DNA from: a virus
Strand: one strand, 5' to 3'
IMG/VR virus record: IMGVR_UViG_3300016474_000139
Location: 1 to 34,258 of that record
DNA length: 34,258 nucleotides
Shown here piece by piece: positions 1 through 7,520 of this stretch. The notes below the pieces were generated by a model. It saw nothing but the letters and a program-made list of their open reading frames with translations, was not told the DNA's origin and ran no database searches. The translations under genes and the position numbers were made by a program. The first letter of the stretch is position 1, and the number at the start of each line of letters is the position of its first letter.

Positions 1-551
1 ACCGCGCCTTGTACCTGGCCGTTTGCAAGGACGACGACCGCATTTACACCGAGCGCATCAACTACGACCAGGCGGCAGCCGAGAAGGCCATCGAGCGCGG
101 CCGCAGGCTGGCGCTGTCCGACCGCATGCCAGAGCCGATCAGCACCGACCCGAGCTGGTATCAGTGCAAGTTCTGCGACGCCTACAAGTTCTGCCATGAG
201 ACCAAAACCACCGAGCATGTGAACTGCCGCACCTGCGCGCACAGCACGGCTAAGGACGACAGCACCTGGCGCTGCGAGCGCCACGACGCAGACGGCATTC
301 CGGTGGAGTTCCAGCGCCAGGCCTGCGACAGCCACGTCCTGCATCCTGACCTGGTGCCCTGGCAGCGCAAGGACGGCTTGGACGACTGGACGGCTGTCTA
401 CGTCATCGAAGGCCGAGACGTGGCCAACGGTGAAGGCGATGCGCACGTCTACACCAGCCGCGAGATTCTGGCCAACCCCAAGATGTGCAGCCTTGGCGAC
501 GAGTACGTCGAGGAGCTGCGCCAGCAATTTGACGCGAGGATTGTGGGATGA
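1..551 (+). CDS. Cas4/RecB-like PD-(D/E)XK exonuclease, 3' part (the 5' part is 33759..34258; the gene spans the circular junction)
   Basis: The reading frame is continuous with 33759..34258 through the 22-nt terminal overlap (...KIDRALYLAV/CKDDD...). The combined unique length is 1029 nt (342 aa). It contains C-x2-C-x5-C (CKFCDAYKFC), typical of Cas4-type Fe-S nucleases, followed by an extra Cys/His-rich tail. The stop TGA at 549-551 overlaps the next ATG (ATGA). Confidence 0.8.
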   Translation, partial: RALYLAVCKDDDRIYTERINYDQAAAEKAIERGRRLALSDRMPEPISTDPSWYQCKFCDAYKFCHETKTTEHVNCRTCAHSTAKDDSTWRCERHDADGIPVEFQRQACDSHVLHPDLVPWQRKDGLDDWTAVYVIEGRDVANGEGDAHVYTSREILANPKMCSLGDEYVEELRQQFDARIVG

Positions 552-1204
552 ACACTGATAGAGAACTGATGCAGCAGGCGCTGGAGGCGTTGGAAGAAAC
601 GCGCAACGCGCTGGCGTGGTTTTACGACAGCTATCCGCAAGACGTTACGAAGAAAGGCAATGAACTTCTTCCGCATGTGGAAACTGTTCTCACCGCCATC
701 CGCGAAGCACTGGCAGAGCAGCCAGCACAAGAGTATATCGGCGGCGGCTTGTCAACACCGTTCGGATATGTGCAGCGAGCAAAGCAGCCGACTATTGCGT
801 TTGAACACCCAATCGTGCAAATTGTTTACGAAATATTGTGCTCTGATGAGTCCCCACCAAGGGGCGAGCATTGGGAGGGATTTACTGCGCGTCGTATTGT
901 GGAAGCGCTAGCCGAGCAGCCAGCACAGCAGCAGGAGCCGGTGGCGTGGATGATCTGGACACATGGCCCTGTGCTTGTGTTTATGAACAAAGACGAGGCC
1001 AGTATGGAGTTCGTTCGCCTGAACCATGCTTACCCTGAGCCAACGCGAATGCTGGTTCCCCTCTACACATCCCCACCAGCAAGCAAGCCGTGGGTAGGAC
1101 TAACACCGGAACAACGAGCAAGCATTGCAGAAGCAAACAACATGCTGGTTGACGATGACTTGTTTGATGACATCGAAGCCAAGCTGCGGGAGAAGAACGC
1201 ATGA
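548..1204 (+). CDS. hypothetical protein (218 aa) with an internal EALAEQPAQ duplication
   Basis: ATG 548 and the stop are both in ATGA overlaps with the neighbouring genes. The motif (R/V)EALAEQPAQ occurs twice (DNA approx 703-730 and 901-930). I recognise no family. Confidence 0.7.
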   Translation: MNTDRELMQQALEALEETRNALAWFYDSYPQDVTKKGNELLPHVETVLTAIREALAEQPAQEYIGGGLSTPFGYVQRAKQPTIAFEHPIVQIVYEILCSDESPPRGEHWEGFTARRIVEALAEQPAQQQEPVAWMIWTHGPVLVFMNKDEASMEFVRLNHAYPEPTRMLVPLYTSPPASKPWVGLTPEQRASIAEANNMLVDDDLFDDIEAKLREKNA

Positions 1205-2808
1205 CCGTGTTGCGCGAGTACCAACAGCGCACCATCGACCAGCTCTATGCCTGGTTCGAGGCCGGCCACCACGGCAACCCATGCCTGGTGCTGCCGACCG
1301 GGTCCGGGAAGAGTCACATCGTCGCCGCCCTGTGCAAGGACGCCCTGCAGAACTGGCCAGAGACGCGCGTGCTGATGCTCACGCACGTCAAGGAGCTGAT
1401 CGAGCAGAACGCAGAGAAGATGCGCCTGCACTGGCCAGGCGCGCCGATGGGCGTCTACAGCGCCAGCATCGGCAAGAAGCAGCTCGGCGAGCCGATCACA
1501 TTTGCTGGTATCCAGTCGGTGCGCAGCAAGGCGCGCATGCTCGGCCACATCGACCTGGTGATCATCGATGAGTGCCACCTGGTCAACCACAAGGACGAGG
1601 GTGGCTACCGGCAACTGCTGGCCGAACTGACCGCCATCAATCCTGCGCTGCGGGTGGTGGGCCTGACGGCCACGCCTTACCGCTTGGGCCACGGCCTGAT
1701 CACCGACAAGCCTGCGCTGTTCGACGACCTGATCGAGCCGGTCAGCATCGAGGAACTTATCTTCAAAGGCTACTTGGCCACGCTGCGCAGCAAGATCACC
1801 AAGGCCAGGCTGGACACCAGTGGCGTGCACAAGCGTGGTGGCGAGTTCATCGAGTCCGAGTTGCAGGCCGCAGTGGACACCGACGACAACAACCAGCGCG
1901 TGGTGCGTGAGGTGATCGAACTGGCTGGCGATCGCAAGGCGTGGCTGTTCTTCTGCACCGGGGTCAAGCACGCAAACCACGTGGCTGAAGTCCTGCGCCA
2001 GCACGGCATCGCGGCCGAGTGCGTGACAGGCGAGACGCCGAAGAAGGAGCGCGAGCAGATGCTGGCCGACTTCAAGGCTGGCCGCCTGCGCGCCATGACC
2101 AACGCCAACGTGCTGACCACCGGCTTCGACTACCCGGACATCGACCTGATCGCCATGATGCGCCCCACCATGAGCGCCAGCCTGTATGTGCAGATGGCAG
2201 GCCGAGGAATGCGGGTCAAGAGTCACACCGACCACTGCCTGGTGCTGGACTTTGCTGGTGTGGTGGCCACGCATGGGCCAATCACGGCCGTGCAGCCGCC
2301 GAAGAAGGCAGGCGACGGCAACGGTGAAGCGCCGGTCAAGGTCTGCGACAACTGTGGCGAGTTGTGCGCCATCGCCGTGTCGATCTGCCCGGCCTGTGGC
2401 CATCCATTCCCAGAGCCGGAGCGCAAGAAGTTGGAACTGCGCGACGACGACATCATGGGCCTGGAAGGAAAAGACCTGGAGGTCTCGTCCTGGAACTGGC
2501 GCAGGCATGTCAGCCGCGCGTCAGGCAAGGAGATGCTGTCCTGCACCTACTACGGCAGCCTTTCGGACAAGCCGATCACCGAGTACCTACCGGTTCTGCA
2601 CGACGGCTACGCCGGGCAGAAGGCCATGCGCCAACTGATGACGATGGCCAACTCGTCTGGTGCCCACCTAGCCGAGGCCGCGCACATGGAAGGCAGCGAA
2701 GGGCTGGAGTACCTGGCCGTGCAGATGAGCAACAGCAAGCCGCCAACCAGCATCGAGTACCGGCTGGACGGCAAGTTCCACAGGGTGCTGAAGAGGAGTT
2801 GGACATGA
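1201..2808 (+). CDS. SF2 DEAD/DEAH-box DNA helicase with a C-terminal zinc ribbon
   Basis: Walker A LPTGSGKS, motif II DECH, motif III TATP, and helicase-C motifs (TTGFDYPDID, QMAGRGMR) are present. A CDNCG...CPACG ribbon follows. Both ends are ATGA-coupled. Confidence 0.9.
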   Translation: MTVLREYQQRTIDQLYAWFEAGHHGNPCLVLPTGSGKSHIVAALCKDALQNWPETRVLMLTHVKELIEQNAEKMRLHWPGAPMGVYSASIGKKQLGEPITFAGIQSVRSKARMLGHIDLVIIDECHLVNHKDEGGYRQLLAELTAINPALRVVGLTATPYRLGHGLITDKPALFDDLIEPVSIEELIFKGYLATLRSKITKARLDTSGVHKRGGEFIESELQAAVDTDDNNQRVVREVIELAGDRKAWLFFCTGVKHANHVAEVLRQHGIAAECVTGETPKKEREQMLADFKAGRLRAMTNANVLTTGFDYPDIDLIAMMRPTMSASLYVQMAGRGMRVKSHTDHCLVLDFAGVVATHGPITAVQPPKKAGDGNGEAPVKVCDNCGELCAIAVSICPACGHPFPEPERKKLELRDDDIMGLEGKDLEVSSWNWRRHVSRASGKEMLSCTYYGSLSDKPITEYLPVLHDGYAGQKAMRQLMTMANSSGAHLAEAAHMEGSEGLEYLAVQMSNSKPPTSIEYRLDGKFHRVLKRSWT

Positions 2809-3512
2809 CGCCGCTGATCCGAGAAACCATCGCCTGGACCACCACGACCGGCATGGACCCGACAGAACTGCAGTGGTTCGACATCTCTGGCCTGACTGCT
2901 GACCAGATGGCCGTCAACACCGACGCCTTGATGACCTGCAGGCCGCCGTTCGGACGCTGCTTTGTAGCCTCGCGTGGGCCGAGTAAGTCGCACGCCTCCT
3001 ACGACGTCCTGGCTGTGGTGGTGGGCGACGATCCGCACGAAGGCATCGTCATCGACATGTGGAAAGGTCCGACCAACGTGATGCCGCGCAAGATTCCGAC
3101 GATGCTCTACACCATTGAAGGCGACAGGATCATGTACGGACCGACAGAGGAAGATGATCCTGTTCCGGAGGATGAAGCGCGCTTTGTGCTTGCCGTGCTG
3201 ATCAAGTGGTACCACTCAATGATGGCCACCAAGACGGCATACCAGCCGTTCGTGCGGCCGACGTTCACCAACAAGCGCAAGATCGCAGCAGGCAAGCAGC
3301 CGTCCTACGACTGGCGAACGGTAGTGATCGATGGCAAGGTCATCAAGTGCGAGCACAAGGGTGGAACGCACGCCAGCCCCAGGCTGCACGACCGCCGAGG
3401 CCACTCGCGCAGGCTGCCAGACGGCCGCATCGTGTGGGTCCGGCCTTGCAAAGTTGGCGACGCCAGCCGAGGAACAGTTTTTCATGACTACCAAGTGAAG
3501 GAGCAGAGATGA
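2805..3512 (+). CDS. hypothetical protein (235 aa), helicase-adjacent
   Basis: ATG 2805 overlaps the helicase stop (ATGA). This is the in-frame sub-ORF of track ORF 2364..3512. The C-terminus is basic (HASPRLHDRRGHSRRLPDGRIVWVRPCKVG). Function unknown. Confidence 0.7.
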   Translation: MTPLIRETIAWTTTTGMDPTELQWFDISGLTADQMAVNTDALMTCRPPFGRCFVASRGPSKSHASYDVLAVVVGDDPHEGIVIDMWKGPTNVMPRKIPTMLYTIEGDRIMYGPTEEDDPVPEDEARFVLAVLIKWYHSMMATKTAYQPFVRPTFTNKRKIAAGKQPSYDWRTVVIDGKVIKCEHKGGTHASPRLHDRRGHSRRLPDGRIVWVRPCKVGDASRGTVFHDYQVKEQR

Positions 3513-3820
3513 GTTGGACCGAGTTGGAAATGAAGGTGATCCGGTGGGCCGAGGACAGGCGCATCATTCCGAACGCCACGCCTGTGAGCCAGTTGCTCAA
3601 GGCCGTGTCGGAGATGGGTGAGTTGGCCGACGCCGAAGGCAAGCGCGACCGCGCAGCCATTGAGGATGCTGTGGGTGATGTGCTGGTCTGCCTGATCAAC
3701 TACTGCGCGCTGCGCGACCTTGACATGACCAGGTGCCTGGCCGGTGCCTACGAGCAGATCAAGGACCGCCGAGGAACGCTGATGCCAGACGGCACGTTCG
3801 TGAAGGAGCGCCAGGCATGA
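3509..3820 (+). CDS. MazG-like all-alpha nucleoside triphosphate pyrophosphohydrolase
   Basis: The protein is 103 aa with acidic metal-binding helices EMGELADAE and EDAVGDVLVCL, as in the small phage MazG family. Both ends are ATGA-coupled. Confidence 0.7.
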   Translation: MSWTELEMKVIRWAEDRRIIPNATPVSQLLKAVSEMGELADAEGKRDRAAIEDAVGDVLVCLINYCALRDLDMTRCLAGAYEQIKDRRGTLMPDGTFVKERQA

Positions 3821-4014
3821 GCACTAGACCACCAGAGCCGGAGTTCCTGATCCAGTGGCGTGAATGGATGCGTGCCGGGCCGCCCAAGTGCTGCCACACC
3901 TGCGACCACTTCAACCAGTCCGGACACTGCCTGGCGTTCGACATGAAGCCGCCCGAGGATTTCGCCAGCACAGTTGACGCCTGCGAGCAGTGGATCATGG
4001 AGATACCGTTTTGA
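3817..4014 (+). CDS. small Cys-containing protein (65 aa)
   Basis: ATG 3817 overlaps the MazG-like stop. The sequence CCHTCDHF..GHC...C suggests a metal site. No family recognised. Confidence 0.6.
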   Translation: MSTRPPEPEFLIQWREWMRAGPPKCCHTCDHFNQSGHCLAFDMKPPEDFASTVDACEQWIMEIPF

Positions 4015-4373
4015 GCACGCCAGACCGCATCCCAACCGAGCACGAAGAACAGCGCGAAGTGGTGCGATGGTTTCGCCAAACATGGCCAGGCGTGCGCATC
4101 CATGCCATCCCAAACGGTGGCGCGCGCAGCAAGGCCACCGCTGGCCGCCTGAAGGCCGAAGGCGTGGCCTCTGGCGTGCCTGACCTGTTCGTGCCTGCCT
4201 GGCGTCTGTGGGTCGAGATGAAGCGCAGCAAGGGTGGCAGCCTTAGCCCGGAGCAGAAAGACTGGCGAGACTACTTACAAAGTGTGGGATATTGGGTTAT
4301 AGTGGGAAAAGGTGCTGATGATGCCAAGCGGCAGATCAGTGCCTTTTTCGACCAACTCAAGGACGCCACATGA
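4011..4373 (+). CDS. VRR-NUC domain nuclease (resolvase-like PD-(D/E)XK)
   Basis: EHEEQ.., GVPDLFV and LWVEMK form the PD..(D/E)xK core, and LSPEQ..W follows. The start is ambiguous: TTG 4011 (GGAG 7 nt upstream, TTGA overlap with the previous stop) or GTG 3990 as in the ORF track. Confidence 0.8.
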   Translation: MSTPDRIPTEHEEQREVVRWFRQTWPGVRIHAIPNGGARSKATAGRLKAEGVASGVPDLFVPAWRLWVEMKRSKGGSLSPEQKDWRDYLQSVGYWVIVGKGADDAKRQISAFFDQLKDAT

Positions 4374-4615
4374 GCACGACTCGCATCTACCTGGTCACCG
4401 ACACGGAGACCAACAAGCACCGCCTGATCCGCGCAGGCAATCAGGCCCAGGCCATCCGGCACGCTGCCCAGACTCGATTCGAGATCGAGGTGGCTGGCCA
4501 GGACGCCCTGGTCAGCCTGCTGTCGCACGGCATTCCTGTCGAACTGGCCGGTGGTCCTGCCACCGCCGACATGTTCGAGGAAGCCACCCTGGTCAACGCT
4601 GGGGGGACCGACTGA
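4370..4615 (+). CDS. hypothetical protein (81 aa)
   Basis: ATGA overlap with the VRR-NUC gene and TGATG overlap with the next gene. Codon usage looks coding. Confidence 0.65.
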   Translation: MSTTRIYLVTDTETNKHRLIRAGNQAQAIRHAAQTRFEIEVAGQDALVSLLSHGIPVELAGGPATADMFEEATLVNAGGTD

Positions 4616-4800
4616 TGACCACGCCGACCAACGAGCAGGTCGGCAAGGAGGTGAAGGATCGCTACATGACGATCCGAATCCCCTTCGACATCGACCAAGA
4701 GTTGCGCAAGCTGGCCGACGCGAACACGCGCACGCTGGCAGCGCAGGTGCTGCACTACATCAAGCAGGGGATGGCCAATGAAAAAACGCCTGCGCTGTGA
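4615..4800 (+). CDS. Arc/MetJ-type ribbon-helix-helix DNA-binding protein (61 aa)
   Basis: YMTIRIPFDIDQELRKLADANTRTLAAQVLHYIKQGM fits the strand-helix-helix pattern of the Arc family. The start is in a TGATG overlap. Confidence 0.6.
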   Translation: MTTPTNEQVGKEVKDRYMTIRIPFDIDQELRKLADANTRTLAAQVLHYIKQGMANEKTPAL

Positions 4801-4909
4801 TGTGAAGTGGTTTCCACGCCGCGCGCCGTACCTCGCCTGTGGCTTTGACATGGGCGAGTTCCGGCTGTACCTGTGGTTTGTCGAGATCGAGATCTGGAGG
4901 TCGTACTGA
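4778..4909 (+). CDS. possible 43-aa ORF (not in the ORF track)
   Basis: ATG 4778 (GGGGA upstream) translates to MKKRLRCDVKWFPRRAPYLACGFDMGEFRLYLWFVEIEIWRSY. Its stop forms a TGATG overlap with the ATG at 4909. There is no homology argument. Confidence 0.3.
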   Translation: MKKRLRCDVKWFPRRAPYLACGFDMGEFRLYLWFVEIEIWRSY

Positions 4910-5079
4910 TGGCCGCAGACAGCCCGAACGACAAGCGGCATGTGCTGGTGGCGTTCATGAGGCCGACACCGATCTGCATGGCCACGTGCCGTGCGATCGG
5001 TGGTCCGCTTCCGACTGCCATCGCCGTGTTCCTAGACCGCGAGACGCGGCAGATCAGCCTGGTGGATGTGACGGCATGA
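4909..5079 (+). CDS. hypothetical protein (56 aa)
   Basis: ATG 4909 has GGAGG 9 nt upstream, and the stop is in an ATGA overlap with the next gene. Confidence 0.5.
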   Translation: MAADSPNDKRHVLVAFMRPTPICMATCRAIGGPLPTAIAVFLDRETRQISLVDVTA

Positions 5080-5288
5080 CCACCATGCCATTTGACTGCA
5101 CCAGGTGCGCTGGTGTGCGCGACGACGCTGGCCACCTGGTCCACCCATGCAACAAGTGCCGCCGCGTGCTGTGGGCCAAGCCTGCAGGAGAGCGCAGCCC
5201 TTGGTTCGCCGAGCCGCCGCGCCAGCAAGCCGGTGCCCTGTGCGATGCCCTGTGGAAGGTTCCCAATGAAGAAGTCAGCCAAGCGTAA
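5076..5288 (+). CDS. hypothetical protein (70 aa), CxxC...CxxC zinc-ribbon-like
   Basis: ATG 5076 is in an ATGA overlap. The sequence is DCTRCAG...HPCNKCRR. Confidence 0.55.
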   Translation: MTTMPFDCTRCAGVRDDAGHLVHPCNKCRRVLWAKPAGERSPWFAEPPRQQAGALCDALWKVPNEEVSQA

Positions 5289-5760
5289 GCAGTCGCAGCG
5301 CCCAAAGACATACACGGTCCTGGACGAGTTGATGGCCAGCCCCACCCAGCCCATGCCGCAGGAGTACCGCACGCACCAACTGACCAGGATGTACGAAGGG
5401 CTGCACGCTCTGGAGACGGCCGACGAGCCGAGCACAGAGGACTGGCGGGTTGTGAGCGATGCCGTCAACATGCTGGAGACGCTGGTGGTCGAGATGAAGG
5501 TCTGCGACGACGACAGTGGGCTGCTGGCAGACGCTGTGCGTGCCCTTGCTGTGGCCGGGCAGCGCCACAAACGCGAAGGCAAGCCAATCAGGTTGGACGG
5601 GCCTGGCATCCAGGCCGTGCGCTCGATCCTGGCCAACTACGCCGAGTTGCTGGAGGTGCTTCCAGCCAGGACCATGTACCGCTGCCACCGGCTGACCGAG
5701 CAGCGCATCCACGCCATTCTGGACGGCCGCAAGCAGCCGCACGATGTGGAGATCGTCTAG
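5266..5760 (+). CDS. hypothetical protein (164 aa)
   Basis: ATG 5266 is preceded by GGAAGG. This is the in-frame sub-ORF of track ORF 5092..5760 and overlaps the previous gene by 23 nt. Confidence 0.65.
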   Translation: MKKSAKRKQSQRPKTYTVLDELMASPTQPMPQEYRTHQLTRMYEGLHALETADEPSTEDWRVVSDAVNMLETLVVEMKVCDDDSGLLADAVRALAVAGQRHKREGKPIRLDGPGIQAVRSILANYAELLEVLPARTMYRCHRLTEQRIHAILDGRKQPHDVEIV

Positions 5761-5775
5761 GGTTTGTACTTATGC

Positions 5776-5803
5776 TTGCTGTCGTGTGAAATTGTGGTAA
5801 AGT
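5776..5803 (+). promoter_or_regulatory. candidate sigma70-type promoter (TTGCTG - 16 nt - TGgTAAAGT)
   Basis: It lies in the only noncoding gap inside the plus arm (5761-5837). It has a -35-like TTGCTG (5776-5781) and an extended -10-like TGGTAAAGT (5795-5803). Confidence 0.3.
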
Positions 5804-5837
5804 GTGGTCATCGCAACCAACCAGCAAGGAGCTGACC

Positions 5838-5987
5838 GTGAGCAAACTGATCGAAGCCTTCCGCAAGTGCCCGACGCCAAGCAACAGGGCCAAGCTGCAG
5901 GCCTACCTGCAAAAGCACATGATGGCCTTGTGCATGGCCACCGAACAAGAGATTGCCTTCCTGAAGGCCCACGAGTTCAAACTTTGA
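5838..5987 (+). CDS. hypothetical protein (49 aa from GTG 5838; 61 aa if the upstream in-frame start at 5802 is used)
   Basis: AAGGAG lies 6 nt upstream of GTG 5838. Confidence 0.45.
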   Translation: MSKLIEAFRKCPTPSNRAKLQAYLQKHMMALCMATEQEIAFLKAHEFKL

Positions 5988-5997
5988 GGAGCGCGCC

Positions 5998-6165
5998 ATG
6001 ACTCAAACGCAACAAGTGCAACCCAACTACCTGGCGCATCGCGCCAGCCTGCTCAACCCCAACTGGAAATACATCCCTGCAGCGCAGACCGATATCATGA
6101 AGCGGTTTCGTGCAATGGGCTGGGTTCCACCTTCGGAGAAAAAAGATGCTGCGCAAACTATTTGA
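5998..6165 (+). CDS. hypothetical protein (55 aa, not in the ORF track)
   Basis: ATG 5998 has GAGGAG 7 nt upstream. Translation: MTQTQQVQPNYLAHRASLLNPNWKYIPAAQTDIMKRFRAMGWVPPSEKKDAAQTI. It overlaps the next ORF by 20 nt. Confidence 0.5.
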   Translation: MTQTQQVQPNYLAHRASLLNPNWKYIPAAQTDIMKRFRAMGWVPPSEKKDAAQTI

Positions 6166-6304
6166 GTTCCTGCTGCTCTGTCTAGTGGTAGGCGTGATGG
6201 CCTTGATCGTGCTCGAGTGGTTCGCAGGCTGTGGCGAGTCTTACATCGACTCCAAAGGCGTGAGCCACAAGCACGAGTGCTTGTTCCTGGACCTGCACAA
6301 ATGA
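6146..6304 (+). CDS. small membrane protein / candidate lipoprotein (52 aa)
   Basis: ATG 6146 has GGAG 8 nt upstream. The N-terminus is MLRK followed by about 20 hydrophobic residues and then FAGC, which resembles a lipobox. The stop is in an ATGA overlap. Confidence 0.55.
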   Translation: MLRKLFEFLLLCLVVGVMALIVLEWFAGCGESYIDSKGVSHKHECLFLDLHK

Positions 6305-6498
6305 CATGCAACCAGAACTGCCGCCAGGGCCGGGACTGCAACTGCGCAGGCTGGCACGTGGTGCCGCTGAACGACCTGCGCGAGCACGAGGCAAACGGCA
6401 GTTGCTGGTGCAGGCCGACGTTGGACGAAGGCGTCTGGCTGCACCATTCGATGGACGGCCGCGAGGCATTCGAGACAGGCGAGCGCTTGCCGTCATGA
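6301..6498 (+). CDS. Cys-rich small protein (65 aa)
   Basis: The N-terminus is MTCNQNCRQGRDCNCAG, and CWC occurs later. This is the last gene of the plus arm. Confidence 0.6.
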   Translation: MTCNQNCRQGRDCNCAGWHVVPLNDLREHEANGSCWCRPTLDEGVWLHHSMDGREAFETGERLPS

Positions 6499-6540
6499 AA
6501 AAGCCTGGCACCAGGCCGGGCAAAGTGGCCGCAAGGCCAC
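6498..6540 (-). terminator. tandem hairpins at the convergence point of the two arms
   Basis: On the minus strand, GTGGCC-TTGC-GGCCAC (6525-6540) is followed by TTTG. GCCTGGTGCCAGGC (6503-6516) is then followed by TTTTT (6498-6502). This places them downstream of the holin stop at 6557. On the plus strand the same hairpins have no U-tract. Confidence 0.55.
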
Positions 6541-6556
6541 AGGGAGGAGACAACTG

Positions 6557-6946
6557 CTATCGCTTCATGGCGGTGGCAATGGCAGGAGCCACCTTCTCGA
6601 CGCTGCGTCCAACCACGTAGCCACCAAGCCCGAACTCAATGATCGACCACAGCTTGAGGTACTCTGCCTCGCTGAGATTAGGAGCCACCCAACCCATCCA
6701 CCTGGCCACGATCAGCGCAGTGAAAGTGATCATGGTCAGAGGCCGCCAGTTAGCCGCTAGCCAATGCGTGCTTGCCGCCTCGGTCTGGATGATTTTGGCC
6801 GCAGCCGCCTCGATCTCGCCTTGATGCGCCAGCAACTGACGCATGGCCTCAGCCTCGGCCTTGGCCTTCTCAGTTGGGTCAGGAAACAGGCTGCCGACGA
6901 TCTGGCCAACGATGGGGGCCAGCGCCGGGATGAGTGCTTGGATCAT
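6557..6946 (-). CDS. holin, 3-TM 'gene-transfer-release' type (DUF3154-like)
   Basis: The protein is 129 aa. Its N-terminus MIQALIPALAPIVGQIVGSLFPD, a central charged helix and C-terminal hydrophobic segments match my recollection of this holin family. It is ATGA-coupled to the endolysin gene. Confidence 0.75.
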   Translation of the reverse strand: MIQALIPALAPIVGQIVGSLFPDPTEKAKAEAEAMRQLLAHQGEIEAAAAKIIQTEAASTHWLAANWRPLTMITFTALIVARWMGWVAPNLSEAEYLKLWSIIEFGLGGYVVGRSVEKVAPAIATAMKR

Positions 6947-7323
6947 GGGTACTTCCTCCTGTCCAGTTCGAAGTGTGGGCCGTCTTTGAACGTGCGCCAG
7001 TCACCACCCCACACGATGGCGATGTTCAACTCCTTGGCCGCCTCTTTCATGGCCGCTGCGATCTTGTGATACAGGGGCCAGGACCAGTCGACCTGGTTGT
7101 CCACCCAAGCCCCAAGATCGACCGCGTGGCCAGTGATGTGCCGCGAGTTGAGGGTCTGGCTTGCACCTGACTCCATCAGCGTCTTCTGGCGCGCAGGATC
7201 GCGCAAGCCTTCGAGTACCGTGAAGTCCACCGTGGTGATCTCGATGGCACGCTCGACCACCTTGACCAGATCAGGATGCACGCCTTTCAGACGCGTCTGG
7301 GAGCGTGGGCCGAGCTTGTACAT
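6943..7323 (-). CDS. peptidase M15 (L-alanyl-D-glutamate endopeptidase type) endolysin
   Basis: The zinc-ligand motifs SRH..GHAVDL and DGPHFEL are present. The protein is 126 aa. AGGAGG precedes ATG 7323. Confidence 0.9.
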   Translation of the reverse strand: MYKLGPRSQTRLKGVHPDLVKVVERAIEITTVDFTVLEGLRDPARQKTLMESGASQTLNSRHITGHAVDLGAWVDNQVDWSWPLYHKIAAAMKEAAKELNIAIVWGGDWRTFKDGPHFELDRRKYP

Positions 7324-7331
7324 GCTGCCTC

Positions 7332-7520
7332 CTACTTGGCGACGTAGTGAATGACGACCACAGGACGGCCACGACCGCCATGGCTGACGGTGCGCACCAT
7401 CTCAACAGGCAGACCAGACAGATGCGCGAGGACGTCTTGCTTGGACAGGCCAGTGGCGTCTGCCATGTCTTTGATCGTCCTTGGGTTCTCACGAACCATC
7501 TGCATGATCTGCTCGCGCAT
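7332..7520 (-). CDS. small winged-helix/HTH-like protein (62 aa)
   Basis: This is a sub-ORF of track ORF 7332..7691. ATG 7520 is in a TGATG overlap with the upstream gene. The sequence TIKDMADATGLSKQDVLAHLSGL followed by a beta-hairpin-like GRGRPVVVIHYV resembles a winged HTH. Confidence 0.6.
   Translation of the reverse strand: MREQIMQMVRENPRTIKDMADATGLSKQDVLAHLSGLPVEMVRTVSHGGRGRPVVVIHYVAK

Noticed and set aside
703-930. The duplicated GCAGAGCAGCCAGCACA-type DNA segment as a regulatory repeat.
   Set aside because: Both copies are in frame inside one ORF and encode the same peptide (EALAEQPAQ). An intragenic duplication of a linker is the simpler explanation.
4840-4875. A perfect -35 hexamer TTGACA, followed after 17 nt by TACCTG, as a promoter.
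   Set aside because: The -10 candidate lacks the conserved final T and has no extended TG. The site also lies inside the tightly coupled small-ORF block. I do not consider it supportable.
4615-5079. The RHH protein plus the downstream small ORFs as a type II toxin-antitoxin pair.
   Set aside because: The downstream ORFs (43 and 56 aa) are shorter than known RHH-partnered toxins and show no toxin motifs I recognise. The arrangement is explained equally well by ordinary phage gene packing.
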